Position numbers and translations under genes: made by a program
Source of the DNA: an uncultured Thermoanaerobaculia bacterium
GTDB lineage: Bacteria > Acidobacteriota > Thermoanaerobaculia > Multivoradales > Multivoraceae
Length of the DNA stretch: 64,000 nt
Assembly (NCBI GenBank): GCA_951813015.1
Contig: CATOTG010000002.1
Span: forward strand, 402,101 to 466,100
Reading direction: 5' to 3'
Shown: positions 20,396 to 30,421 of the stretch, in pieces
Layout of the letters: each line of letters starts with the position of its first letter
How positions within the stretch are numbered: position 1 is the stretch's first letter
The notes under the pieces: model-generated
The model's input: only the letters and a program-made list of their open reading frames with translations
Told to the model about the DNA's origin: nothing
The model's database searches: none

Positions 20396-21633
20396 GTGCG
20401 GGCGCTCCGCATCGCCTCGACCGGGTCCAGCCGGCTCGCCTTGCGCGCGCTCAGCAGCGAGGCCGCGCCCGTGAACAGGATCGTGGAGAAAGCGACGACG
20501 AACAGATCCTCTTCCCTGACCAGAAACGGCACGTAGTCGACGATGTACACGTCCGACGGCAGCGAGAGCACGCGGAAGGAGTCCAGGAGCAACGCGATGC
20601 CGGCCCCGACCAGAACGCCGACACCCGCGCCGCCGACGGAGAGCAGCACGCCCAGCGTCAGGAAGATGCCCCGCAGGCGCGCGGGAGGCACGCCCATCGC
20701 CGCGAGCACGCCAACTTCGGAACGCTTGCTGGACAGCACCAGGGACAGGGAAGCCAGCAGTGCAAAGGCCGCCACCGCGACGATCAGCGCCACCGCCGAG
20801 AACACCAGGCCCTTCTCCAGCCGCAGGACGAACAGCAGCGCCCGATTGGCCTGCCGCCAGGTCGCCACCGAGCCCTCGGCCGGAGCAATCGCCGCGCGCA
20901 GGTCGGCGGCCACCTCTTCGGGGTCGGCGGCCGGTGCCAGGGTGAGATCAAGCCGCCGGTCACCGCCCGCGAAGAGCGCGGCCGCCTGCTCCAGCGGCAG
21001 CAGCACCGGCAGGTCCTCGTACCCCGCACGTTCGGCGTCGTAGATCGCGGCTACCGGGAGGGTCCGAACGCGGGGCCGGGGGCCGACCGGAGTCAGCGAA
21101 GACCGGGGGGACGCCACCCGAGCCGAACCGCCGACCGTCAGCCCCATCCGCTGGGCAACCTGAAGCGGCACGATCAGACCTGGAACCGCCGCGGCCTCCA
21201 CCGGAATCCAGGCTGGCGGCGCCTGTTCGTAGCCCACCACCTCGACCGCCGCCACACCCCTCCTGTCGACCAGCCAACCGCGGGCGTAGAGCAACTCCTG
21301 GGCGGCGACGACGCCTTCCGCAGCCGTCACCCGGTCGACAATCGAGGCGGCCGATCCGACGCCACCGGTCGCCGAGTCCACTCGACCTCCCAGTTCCACC
21401 TGCAGGGCCGGCGTGTGCAGCGCCAGATCCCGGAGCAGGTGGTTCTGGAAGCCCGAGAGGGCCGCCAGGGCGAGGACCAGGGCCGCCGTGCCCACCGCCA
21501 GACCGCCGGCGGTCAGCGAAGACAGCACGCGAATGTGCGCATCCGCGCGGGTCGAGCGGAAGTACCTCAGCGCGACATGCCAGACGAAGCCCACGGCACG
21601 CGAGGCTATCCGCAGCACTTGACCTGAGCCCAA
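20392..21633 (-). CDS. lolC: lipoprotein-releasing system permease (LolC/E, FtsX family)
   Basis: N-terminal TM, a large periplasmic domain and C-terminal FtsX-like 3-TM bundle. Start is uncertain (possibly a GTG a few codons in). Confidence 0.75.
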   Translation of the reverse strand: MGSGQVLRIASRAVGFVWHVALRYFRSTRADAHIRVLSSLTAGGLAVGTAALVLALAALSGFQNHLLRDLALHTPALQVELGGRVDSATGGVGSAASIVDRVTAAEGVVAAQELLYARGWLVDRRGVAAVEVVGYEQAPPAWIPVEAAAVPGLIVPLQVAQRMGLTVGGSARVASPRSSLTPVGPRPRVRTLPVAAIYDAERAGYEDLPVLLPLEQAAALFAGGDRRLDLTLAPAADPEEVAADLRAAIAPAEGSVATWRQANRALLFVLRLEKGLVFSAVALIVAVAAFALLASLSLVLSSKRSEVGVLAAMGVPPARLRGIFLTLGVLLSVGGAGVGVLVGAGIALLLDSFRVLSLPSDVYIVDYVPFLVREEDLFVVAFSTILFTGAASLLSARKASRLDPVEAMRSART

Positions 21634-21678
21634 TGCCCCTTTGAGGACAGAGACGGTCGCCGGGCCGACCGAGCGGCG

Positions 21679-22227
21679 CTACTCCTCCTCTACCTCCACT
21701 TCGTCCAGCACGCCGATGTAGGGCAGGTTGCGGTAGCGATCGTTGTAGTCGAGGCCGTAGCCGACGACGAACACGTCGTCGACCTCGAAGCCGCGGTAGT
21801 GAATCTGGACTGAGGTCTCCCGCTTGCACGCCTTGTCCAGCAACACGCAGAGGCGCACCGAACGGGCGCCCCGGAAGCCCATCAGCGCCATGATCGTGCG
21901 CATCGTGTAACCCGTGTCGACGATGTCCTCGATCAGCAGCACGTCCCGTCCTGCCAGGGAGTGGTCCAGGTCGCGCCGGATCCGCACCTCGCCGGGTGAG
22001 GTTGTCTCACCGCGATAGCTCGAGGTCTGAAAGAAGTCGACGACCAGGGGCCGCGACAGGCGCTGCACCAGATCGGCGAGGAAGAAGACCGAGCCCTTGA
22101 GCACGCCCACACAGAGGAGGTCTCTGCTGTCGGCGTAGTCGCTCTCGATCTCGGCCGCGAGTTCGTCGATCCGGCGCTGCAGCGTCTCCGCCGAAATGAG
22201 CTCCCTGGGCTTCTCGTTCTCGGTCAT
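21679..22227 (-). CDS. hpt: hypoxanthine-guanine phosphoribosyltransferase
   Basis: 182 aa starting MTENEKPRE (ATG at 22225-22227). VLLIEDIVDTGYT PRPP motif. The 648-aa track ORF is an artefactual extension. Confidence 0.9.
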   Translation of the reverse strand: MTENEKPRELISAETLQRRIDELAAEIESDYADSRDLLCVGVLKGSVFFLADLVQRLSRPLVVDFFQTSSYRGETTSPGEVRIRRDLDHSLAGRDVLLIEDIVDTGYTMRTIMALMGFRGARSVRLCVLLDKACKRETSVQIHYRGFEVDDVFVVGYGLDYNDRYRNLPYIGVLDEVEVEEE

Positions 22228-22305
22228 GGTTACCTCGAGCGCCGGCGCCTGGCGACGTTCCGGTCGTGTATCGTCCACCGCACTCCGCGGCGGGGGATCG
22301 AGGGG

Positions 22306-23178
22306 TTGAATCTGCTCAAGAATACAGGGCCGGACACGGGTCTCGCCGTTGAACTCGAAGAAAGCCGGAAGCGCTGGCTCGACGCCGGGCGGCCACTGCC
22401 CGAAGCTCTCCTGGTCACCGGTTCCGGCCTGAGCCTCGACCTTGGCGCGCCGGCGGCCGGCCGTTGGCCGTTTGAGGACCTGCTTCCGTTCGATGTCGAG
22501 GCGGTCGAAGGGCACGAGGCGACGATCGAACTGGTCGAAGCGCCTGACGGCCGGTTCCTGCTCTACTGCCGCGGCCGGCTCCACGCTTACCAGGGCTACA
22601 CGCCGGCGCAGGTCGTGTACCTGGTGCGCCTGGCGGCCCTGCTCGGCGCTGGCTCGCTCGTCATCACGAACGCCGCCGGCTCGCTGCGGCGGGACTTGCC
22701 GCCGGGGTCGATCGCGACAATCTCCGATCACGTGAACCTGACCGGTCTGAACCCCCTTCGCGGCCGCATGCCGGCAAGCTGGGGGGCGCGGTTCCCGGAC
22801 CTGGCCGGCGCCTACGACCCCGCCCTCCGCTGCCGGTTCGCCGAACTCGGCCGCAATGCGGGGATTCCCGTGGGCGACGGGGTCTATCTCGGCCTTCTCG
22901 GGCCCTCCTACGAGACACCGGCCGAGATCCGGGCCTGGCAGGCACTCGGCGTCGACCTGGTCGGCATGTCGACGGTGCTCGAGGTGATCGCGGCCCGCCA
23001 CATGGGCCTGCGGGTGCTCGGCTTCTCCCTGGTCACGAACATGGGCGTCGGCCTCGACGACGGTCCCGTTGATCACGAGGACGTGCTCAGGATCGGCCGC
23101 GGCGCCACCCGCGACCTCGCCCGCCTGACCTCCGACCTGATCGCCGATGGCGTTCTCTGGAACGACGGGTCGAACTGA
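22306..23178 (+). CDS. pnp: purine nucleoside phosphorylase (PNP/MTAP family I)
   Basis: LVTGSGLS...GLLGPSYETPAEIRAWQALGVDLVGMSTVLEVIAARHMG conserved phosphorylase motifs. TTG/GTG start is uncertain. Confidence 0.8.
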   Translation: MNLLKNTGPDTGLAVELEESRKRWLDAGRPLPEALLVTGSGLSLDLGAPAAGRWPFEDLLPFDVEAVEGHEATIELVEAPDGRFLLYCRGRLHAYQGYTPAQVVYLVRLAALLGAGSLVITNAAGSLRRDLPPGSIATISDHVNLTGLNPLRGRMPASWGARFPDLAGAYDPALRCRFAELGRNAGIPVGDGVYLGLLGPSYETPAEIRAWQALGVDLVGMSTVLEVIAARHMGLRVLGFSLVTNMGVGLDDGPVDHEDVLRIGRGATRDLARLTSDLIADGVLWNDGSN

Positions 23179-23181
23179 GCC

Positions 23182-24666
<1,485 letters not shown>

Positions 24667-24684
24667 TGTGTGAACTCAAGAACG

Positions 24685-26046
24685 ATGCCCAACGAGAGCC
24701 ATCACAGCACAACGCGGAGGCCTGGTCCTCGCCAGCCGCCAGCAGTCAAGCGAAAGGATGATCGCCTGGTCTTCACGAAGAGCGTCAATCCTTACGCGCA
24801 CCGTCAGTTCATGTGGTGTCTGAGCGACTGCCTGGAGCGAGGGTATCAAGACATCATGCTCGATTTTTCGCTTTGTCAACGCGCGTTTCCGAACGGTGTT
24901 CTGCCAGTAATAGCTGGCGTTGACGCGCTCCGTCGAGACGGAATCGCCGTGTACGTCATCTTGCCGGCAAACGAGGATCTCCATCGCCTCTTCGTCAACA
25001 CGAACTGGGCCCACCTACTTGAACCCGAAAGCTACTCTGAGAGCAGCACGGTTCATCCACGTCACGTGCCGGCACGCCGTTTTCGGGACGCTGAACAGCA
25101 GCACACACTGGTGGGAGAGGCCTTGGAAGTCCTCTTGGGCGGAATTACTTCTCTACAGAGGGACGACCTCGGTGCCCTGGAGTGGTCCATGAACGAGATC
25201 ACGGACAACGTACTCACTCACGCCGACTGCGACCTGGGCGGGATCCTGCAGGTCAGCACTTTCGAGAATGCCGGCAAGGTGGCCGTGGGCGTTACGGACT
25301 CAGGCCGCGGCATCCTCGAATCCCTCCGGGAGAGCCACCGGGAACTGACGGACGACGCCGACGCGATCTACAAGGCTCTCGAAGCGGGCGTTACCCGGCA
25401 TTCTGATATCGGCCAAGGCAATGGTATGGCCGGCGCGCTCCGAATTGCCATGATGTCGGGCGGCTCAATCGAAATCACGTCTGGTCGAGCCCAAGTCCTG
25501 TACCGGGACGGCCAGTCGACTCCCTTCAGGCGCAGCCCGCGGCAAACTTTCCACGGCACCTTCGTCTACTTCGACATCGATCTGGACACCCGCTTCGATC
25601 TCTCCGAGGCCCTCGACTTTGGAGGCGGACCTCACCGCCCAGTAGACGTAGTGGAGGCACTCTACGAAACAGACGATGGACGAGCCCTCAACCTTCGCCT
25701 CCGCGACGAGGAGGTGGGATTCGGGTCCCGAATGGCCGGAAGACAGATACGTACCAAGGCTCTGAACCTGCTGAACGCAGAGCCGGAGAAGCCTCTTCTC
25801 CTGGACTGGGCCGGCGTGCCCTTGATCTCAAGCAGTTTCGCCGACGAACTTGTCGGCAAACTGTTCGCAACACTCGGCCCACTTACGTTCAGTCTTCGAG
25901 TGCGGAACACCGGAATGCGTCCCGTCGTCCACGGGTTGATCGACAAGGCCATTATGCAACGCGCGGGCCAGACGCTCGCCCGAGCCCGAGAAAATTCCGA
26001 ACTTGTTCCTGGCCACGTTAACGCCACTGAAGACCCTCAAAGCTAA
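24685..26046 (+). CDS. STAS-like / GHKL (HATPase_c) ATPase / DUF4325 STAS-like fusion protein (hypothetical, compositionally foreign)
   Basis: G1 box VTDSGRGI and G2 box GQGNGMAG...ITSG of a histidine-kinase-like ATPase. An N-terminal alpha/beta module (DIMLDFS...VLPVIAGV) and a C-terminal LLLDWAGVPLISSSFADELVG match the DUF4325/STAS pattern. Codon usage and GC are clearly lower than in neighbouring genes. Confidence 0.7.
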   Translation: MPNESHHSTTRRPGPRQPPAVKRKDDRLVFTKSVNPYAHRQFMWCLSDCLERGYQDIMLDFSLCQRAFPNGVLPVIAGVDALRRDGIAVYVILPANEDLHRLFVNTNWAHLLEPESYSESSTVHPRHVPARRFRDAEQQHTLVGEALEVLLGGITSLQRDDLGALEWSMNEITDNVLTHADCDLGGILQVSTFENAGKVAVGVTDSGRGILESLRESHRELTDDADAIYKALEAGVTRHSDIGQGNGMAGALRIAMMSGGSIEITSGRAQVLYRDGQSTPFRRSPRQTFHGTFVYFDIDLDTRFDLSEALDFGGGPHRPVDVVEALYETDDGRALNLRLRDEEVGFGSRMAGRQIRTKALNLLNAEPEKPLLLDWAGVPLISSSFADELVGKLFATLGPLTFSLRVRNTGMRPVVHGLIDKAIMQRAGQTLARARENSELVPGHVNATEDPQS

Positions 26047-26274
26047 GCACGGCGACCCCAGGCGTACGCGGCGACCAGGGTGACGAACTCCCTCCTGACG
26101 GAGGAGTGAGGTTGGGATCGATCGCCTTCGATCCAGTCGCTGTCCGTCTGGCGCCGATACCCGGACCAGTCCCCGCCGACATCGATCTTCAGTGCGTTCC
26201 TGATCGCCTGGGCGTAGAGGATCCCGTCGAACCTCGGATTCGACGAACGTTCCGTCGACGTCGAAGACGACCAT
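26043..26274 (-). pseudogene. short remnant with HAD-hydrolase motif I (MVVFDVDGTFVESE), frameshifted, about 77 codons
   Basis: ATG at 26272-26274 is preceded by a GGAGG-containing repeat. DVDGT motif I of the HAD superfamily, then a frame change and a stop at 26043-26045 overlapping the converging stop of the GHKL gene. Too short for a functional HAD enzyme. Confidence 0.4.
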
Positions 26275-26355
26275 GCGGCTTCAACCGCCCCCGTGCTTGG
26301 CCAGCTCACGACCGAGAGGATGAAGCCCGAGGCGCCATCGAAGGTGCACGCGGCT

Positions 26356-27363
26356 TCAACCGCCTCCGAGCCTGGCCAGCCATGCCTCCACCGCCACTCT
26401 GGCCGGGGCCTCCAGCCAGGGCAGCACGCCAAGGTTGCCTTCCCGGGCGGCGGCATCGATGTCGACCTCGTTGCGGTCGAGGAAACGGGCGGCGCGGTAG
26501 TAGGCGTCGCCGTGGGTGGCGGCGGCATCGCCGAGTTCGATCAGGTGGCCGGCGAGTTCGCGGGAGCGCCGCAGCCTGGATGGCAGCGGCAGGGCCGGCA
26601 GGGGCCTGGGCAGGCGATGCTCGACGCCGGCTGCCTCGGCAGCACAGCGGAAGGCCGAGTGGTCCGGGCGCGAGTCGTCGCCGTGAAACAGCGCGTCGAA
26701 GGCCTCGGGCCAGGAGGAGTGCAGCCGTTCAAAGAGCAGCCGGCGTTCCCGGGCATCGAGCTGCAACGCGCGGGGGACGACGCGGCGGGCCCCGGCGGCA
26801 GCGAGTCGGGCCATTGCCGGCGCCAGCAAGCCCGGCTCGTCGGTCCAGTCGGCAACGAGCGGCCAGACCAGGGTTGCGCCCGCCAGCGGACCCGGTTCGA
26901 ACGGAAGGCCGGGCTGGCGGCGCTCCCTGAGTTCTTCTCGCAGCGCGGCAGCGTGGCGGACCAGCGCGTCGAGCAGGTCGACCGCGATGACGATGTTGGC
27001 GGGCAGGTCGGCCAGCCCTGGCGCGGCCAGCTCGCGCAGACTCGACCCGCCGACGGCGATGCGCCCGATTACCTGAATCAGGAGAGGCACTCCCGCCGCC
27101 GCCGCGGCCTCGACGATGCGCAAGCGGAGGTGCGCGTCGTCCTCCGGCAGCGGCGGTACGTATACGACGTCGGTTGCCGGGAGCACCCCTTCGGCGGCAT
27201 CGGAGGCGGCCGGCAACGGTCCCGAGGTCGACGGCGGCAAGCCGCCAGTGGCAAGGTCGCACCAGAGATCGTCGCTGTTGCTGACCGGCCACCGCGAGAA
27301 GCTGTGACGGATCCAGAGGTTCGCCGGTTCGGCGACGTGCTCCCGGAACGTGAGTGGAGTCAC
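26356..27363 (-). CDS. hypothetical protein (335 aa, no recognisable domain)
   Basis: Long ORF with native high-GC codon usage. GTG start sits inside a direct repeat. No motif recognised by eye. Confidence 0.55.
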   Translation of the reverse strand: MTPLTFREHVAEPANLWIRHSFSRWPVSNSDDLWCDLATGGLPPSTSGPLPAASDAAEGVLPATDVVYVPPLPEDDAHLRLRIVEAAAAAGVPLLIQVIGRIAVGGSSLRELAAPGLADLPANIVIAVDLLDALVRHAAALREELRERRQPGLPFEPGPLAGATLVWPLVADWTDEPGLLAPAMARLAAAGARRVVPRALQLDARERRLLFERLHSSWPEAFDALFHGDDSRPDHSAFRCAAEAAGVEHRLPRPLPALPLPSRLRRSRELAGHLIELGDAAATHGDAYYRAARFLDRNEVDIDAAAREGNLGVLPWLEAPARVAVEAWLARLGGG

Positions 27364-27494
27364 AACGCGACGATCTCAACCGGATGCAAACAAGATGAAG
27401 CGGCTGGGCGACGGGTGCGCACGGGCGGGAGTCACAACGCGACGATCCTCAACCGGATGCGAGCAGGATTCCCGCGCTCCCAAAGGCGGCGGCG

Positions 27495-28166
27495 TCAACG
27501 GCCGCCCGACTTGAGGGCGGCGGCGACGGCCGCCTCGACCGACTTCCGGACGTACCTGGCGAGGACATCGCCCTCGACGTTGACCTCGTCGCCGGGCTTC
27601 AGCTCCGACAGGGTGGTGACCTTGAGCGTGTGCGGAATGAGCGCCACATCGAAGGCCTCTTCGTCCAGAGCCGAGATCGTCAGGCTGACGCCGTCGATCG
27701 TCACGCTGCCCTTCTCGACCATCTCCGTCGCGAGTTCCCGAGGCGCCTCGAACGTGATGACCCGGTTCTCTCCAAGTTCCTCGACCTTCGCCACCCGGGT
27801 CGTCGTGTCGACGTGTCCCTGGACGAGATGACCGCCAAGAGGGTCGCCGGCGGCCAGCGGCGGCTCCAGGTTGACCCGGTCGCCGGCCTGAAGCGCGCCC
27901 AGCGTCGTCCGGCTCAGGGTTTCCGGAGACAGGTCGAAGGCCGACCAGGCCGGAAACGCGCTGTCCGCGCCGATACCCGAATCGCCGCTCGCGCCGCCCA
28001 GCCCCACGACGGTCAGGCAAACGCCGGCAACCGAGAGGCTGGCGCCCGAAGCGAGTCGCGACCCGAGCTCCACCGAGTGCCCGACGACCACGCGGGCGCC
28101 GTGGCTTCGCCAAGCTCCGGGGCCCTCGACTACCCGGCCACGCTCCTGGACAATTCCGGTAAACAT
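27495..28166 (-). CDS. ribE: riboflavin synthase alpha subunit
   Basis: MFTGIVQERG start, two lumazine-binding repeats and the GHLVQGHVDT motif. Confidence 0.9.
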   Translation of the reverse strand: MFTGIVQERGRVVEGPGAWRSHGARVVVGHSVELGSRLASGASLSVAGVCLTVVGLGGASGDSGIGADSAFPAWSAFDLSPETLSRTTLGALQAGDRVNLEPPLAAGDPLGGHLVQGHVDTTTRVAKVEELGENRVITFEAPRELATEMVEKGSVTIDGVSLTISALDEEAFDVALIPHTLKVTTLSELKPGDEVNVEGDVLARYVRKSVEAAVAAALKSGGR

Positions 28167-29314
28167 CCCTGCCTGTAGCCTACGAGAATCACGTCCGACG
28201 CGCGCCGGCGCACCCGCAGCCGGTCAAGGCGCCATCCATCCGCCAGCTTCTCCGCGCCAGCACCGCCGAGCGGACCCGGGGCCTCCGCACCGCCGATCAG
28301 GACGGGCGCACAACACACGGCGGCCCGGTCCCAGACGCCGGAGAACGCGAACGCCTCCAGCACCGCGGCGCCTCCCTCGACGAGAACGTTCGCCACCCCA
28401 CGACCCGCCAGGTCCGCCACCACCGCCGCCGGCGCCACGACCTCGAGCACGACGACCTCGGCGCCCGCCTCGCCCAGACGGTCGCGTCGATCGACCCATT
28501 TCGGCGTCGCCGCCGCCTGGCCGCCCCGCGGCGCCTCCGTATAGACGACGACCGGCCCATCGACTTCGAACATCCGCGCCCGCGGCGACAGCCGCAACCG
28601 CCGATCGAGCACCACGCGCACGATCGGCCCCTCCGCCCGGTCGAGCCTGCGGTCGAGACGCGGATCGTCGGCCAGGGCGGTGCCGCTGCCCACCACGATC
28701 GCCTGGTGCTCTTCGCGCAGTTCCAGGGCCCACTGCCGGCCGCGCGGCGAGGAGATCCACTGGCTGTCGCCGCTGGCCGTCGCGATCCGGCCGTCCAGGC
28801 TCATCGCCCACTTCAGCGTCACGGCCGGACGCCGATGCAGGACACCGGTCAGGAAGGCGACGTTCATCTCGATCGCCTGCTCCGCCAGGAGCCCGCCCTC
28901 GACGCGAAGGCCGGCGGCCCGCAGGCGTTCGGCGCCGCCTCCGGTCACCTCCGGGTTCGGATCGCCATGCGCGAAGACCACGCGCTCCACCCCGGCCTCC
29001 AGGATGCCCCGCGCGCAGGGCGGCGTGCGACCGTGATGGTTGCAGGGCTCAAGCGTCACGTAGACGGTGGCGCCGACCGCCAGGTCTCCCGCCGCGGACA
29101 GCGCCATCGCCTCGGCATGCTCGCCACCGGCACGGCGGTGCCAGCCCGACCCGACGATCTCGCCGGCGCGCACGACCACCGCCCCGACCATCGGGTTCGG
29201 CGCCGTTGTGAAGCGTCCGCGGCGCGCCAGGGCCAGCGCGCGGGCCATCGCCGTTCGATCCGCCTCGTCGAAGCGATCGACCGCCCGAAAGGCTCCATCG
29301 GCCATCGCGCTCAC
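28130..29314 (-). CDS. ribD: bifunctional diaminohydroxyphosphoribosylaminopyrimidine deaminase / 5-amino-6-(5-phosphoribosylamino)uracil reductase
   Basis: CMP/dCMP-deaminase zinc motif HAEAMAL...TLEPCNHHGRTPPC plus a C-terminal RibG reductase domain. Confidence 0.9.
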   Translation of the reverse strand: MSAMADGAFRAVDRFDEADRTAMARALALARRGRFTTAPNPMVGAVVVRAGEIVGSGWHRRAGGEHAEAMALSAAGDLAVGATVYVTLEPCNHHGRTPPCARGILEAGVERVVFAHGDPNPEVTGGGAERLRAAGLRVEGGLLAEQAIEMNVAFLTGVLHRRPAVTLKWAMSLDGRIATASGDSQWISSPRGRQWALELREEHQAIVVGSGTALADDPRLDRRLDRAEGPIVRVVLDRRLRLSPRARMFEVDGPVVVYTEAPRGGQAAATPKWVDRRDRLGEAGAEVVVLEVVAPAAVVADLAGRGVANVLVEGGAAVLEAFAFSGVWDRAAVCCAPVLIGGAEAPGPLGGAGAEKLADGWRLDRLRVRRRASDVILVGYRQGCLPELSRSVAG

Positions 29315-30296
29315 CCGAACAGGGCGGCCGCGAAGGGGCGCGGCTTGTAGTCGACGACGTCCCCGACTCCCTCGCCCACGCCCAGGTAGGCGACCGGCAG
29401 ACGCAGCTCGCGGGCGATCGCCACCGCCATGCCGCCCTTGGCCGTACCGTCGAGCTTGGCCAGGAACACGGCGTCAATCGGTACCGTCGCTCCGAACTCG
29501 CGCGCCTGCACCAACGCGTTGTGACCGTTGCCGGCGTCGACCACGAGGAGGGTGAAGACGTTCCAGGCGTCGCCGGCGGTCCGCCGCGCGACGCGGTGGA
29601 CCTTCGACAGTTCGTCCATCAGCTGGCCGCGGGTGTGGAGGCGACCCGCCGTGTCGACGATCAGATGATCCACGCCGCGCGCTCCGGCGGCCTGCACGGC
29701 GTCGAACACGAGCGCCGCCGGGTCACCTCCCGACGGGCGACGGACGACCTCGATCCCCAGCCGCTCGCCCCACACTTCGAGCTGTTCCGCGGCCGCGGCC
29801 CGAAAGGTGTCGCCTGCCGCCAGGAGGACCTTCTCGCCCCGGGCCAGCGAGGCCCCAGCCAGCTTGGCGGCGGAGGTCGTCTTGCCCGAGCCGTTCACCC
29901 CCACCAGCAGGGTGATGCGCGGTGTGGCTGGCAGCGCCGCGGGCGGCGCGTCGAGAAGCAGCACGGCCACCTCGTCGACCAGCAGTTGCCGCAAGGCGAA
30001 CTCGTCGCCGGCGGCGATCTGCCCCGAATCTCCCGCCTGACGCAACCGCTCGACAAGCTCGAGCGAGGTCTCGACGCCCAGGTCCGATTCGATCAGGGTT
30101 TCCTCGAGCCGCTCCAGCACGTCTTCATCGATCCGCGCGGCGCCTCCGAGTGCGGTGCTGATGCGGCCGACCAGTCCCTTGCGGGTGCGGCCCAGACCGC
30201 GCCGCAGACGCTTCCAGAGGCCACGCTTCCCGGATTGCCGCGATTCGCCCGACCTGCCCTCCGCCGCGGCCGCGTGGCCGCCGGTCGCCGCGCTCA
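29311..30296 (-). CDS. ftsY: signal recognition particle receptor FtsY
   Basis: NG domain with LLVGVNGSGKTTSAAKLA, DTAGRLH and a GKLDGTAKGG-type motif. The track ORF has a 427-aa N-extension; the start is probably the GTG near 30296 (uncertain). Confidence 0.8.
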
Positions 30297-30421
30297 CCCC
30301 GTGGCTCCCGACGACCCGGCGCGGGCGTCGTCGAACAAGCCCCGCCGTCCTGCTTCCCGAGGGTCGCGCGACTCGTCCTCGACCGGCGGCGCGGCCATGC
30401 CGACGCCTTCCGTCTCCACGG

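Noticed and set aside
26106-27831. Plus-strand ORFs (26106-26930, 26293-27831) overlapping hypothetical gene X
   Set aside because: Antisense to a longer minus-strand ORF with better codon usage. The SHNATI duplicate peptide in them is just the translated DNA direct repeat.
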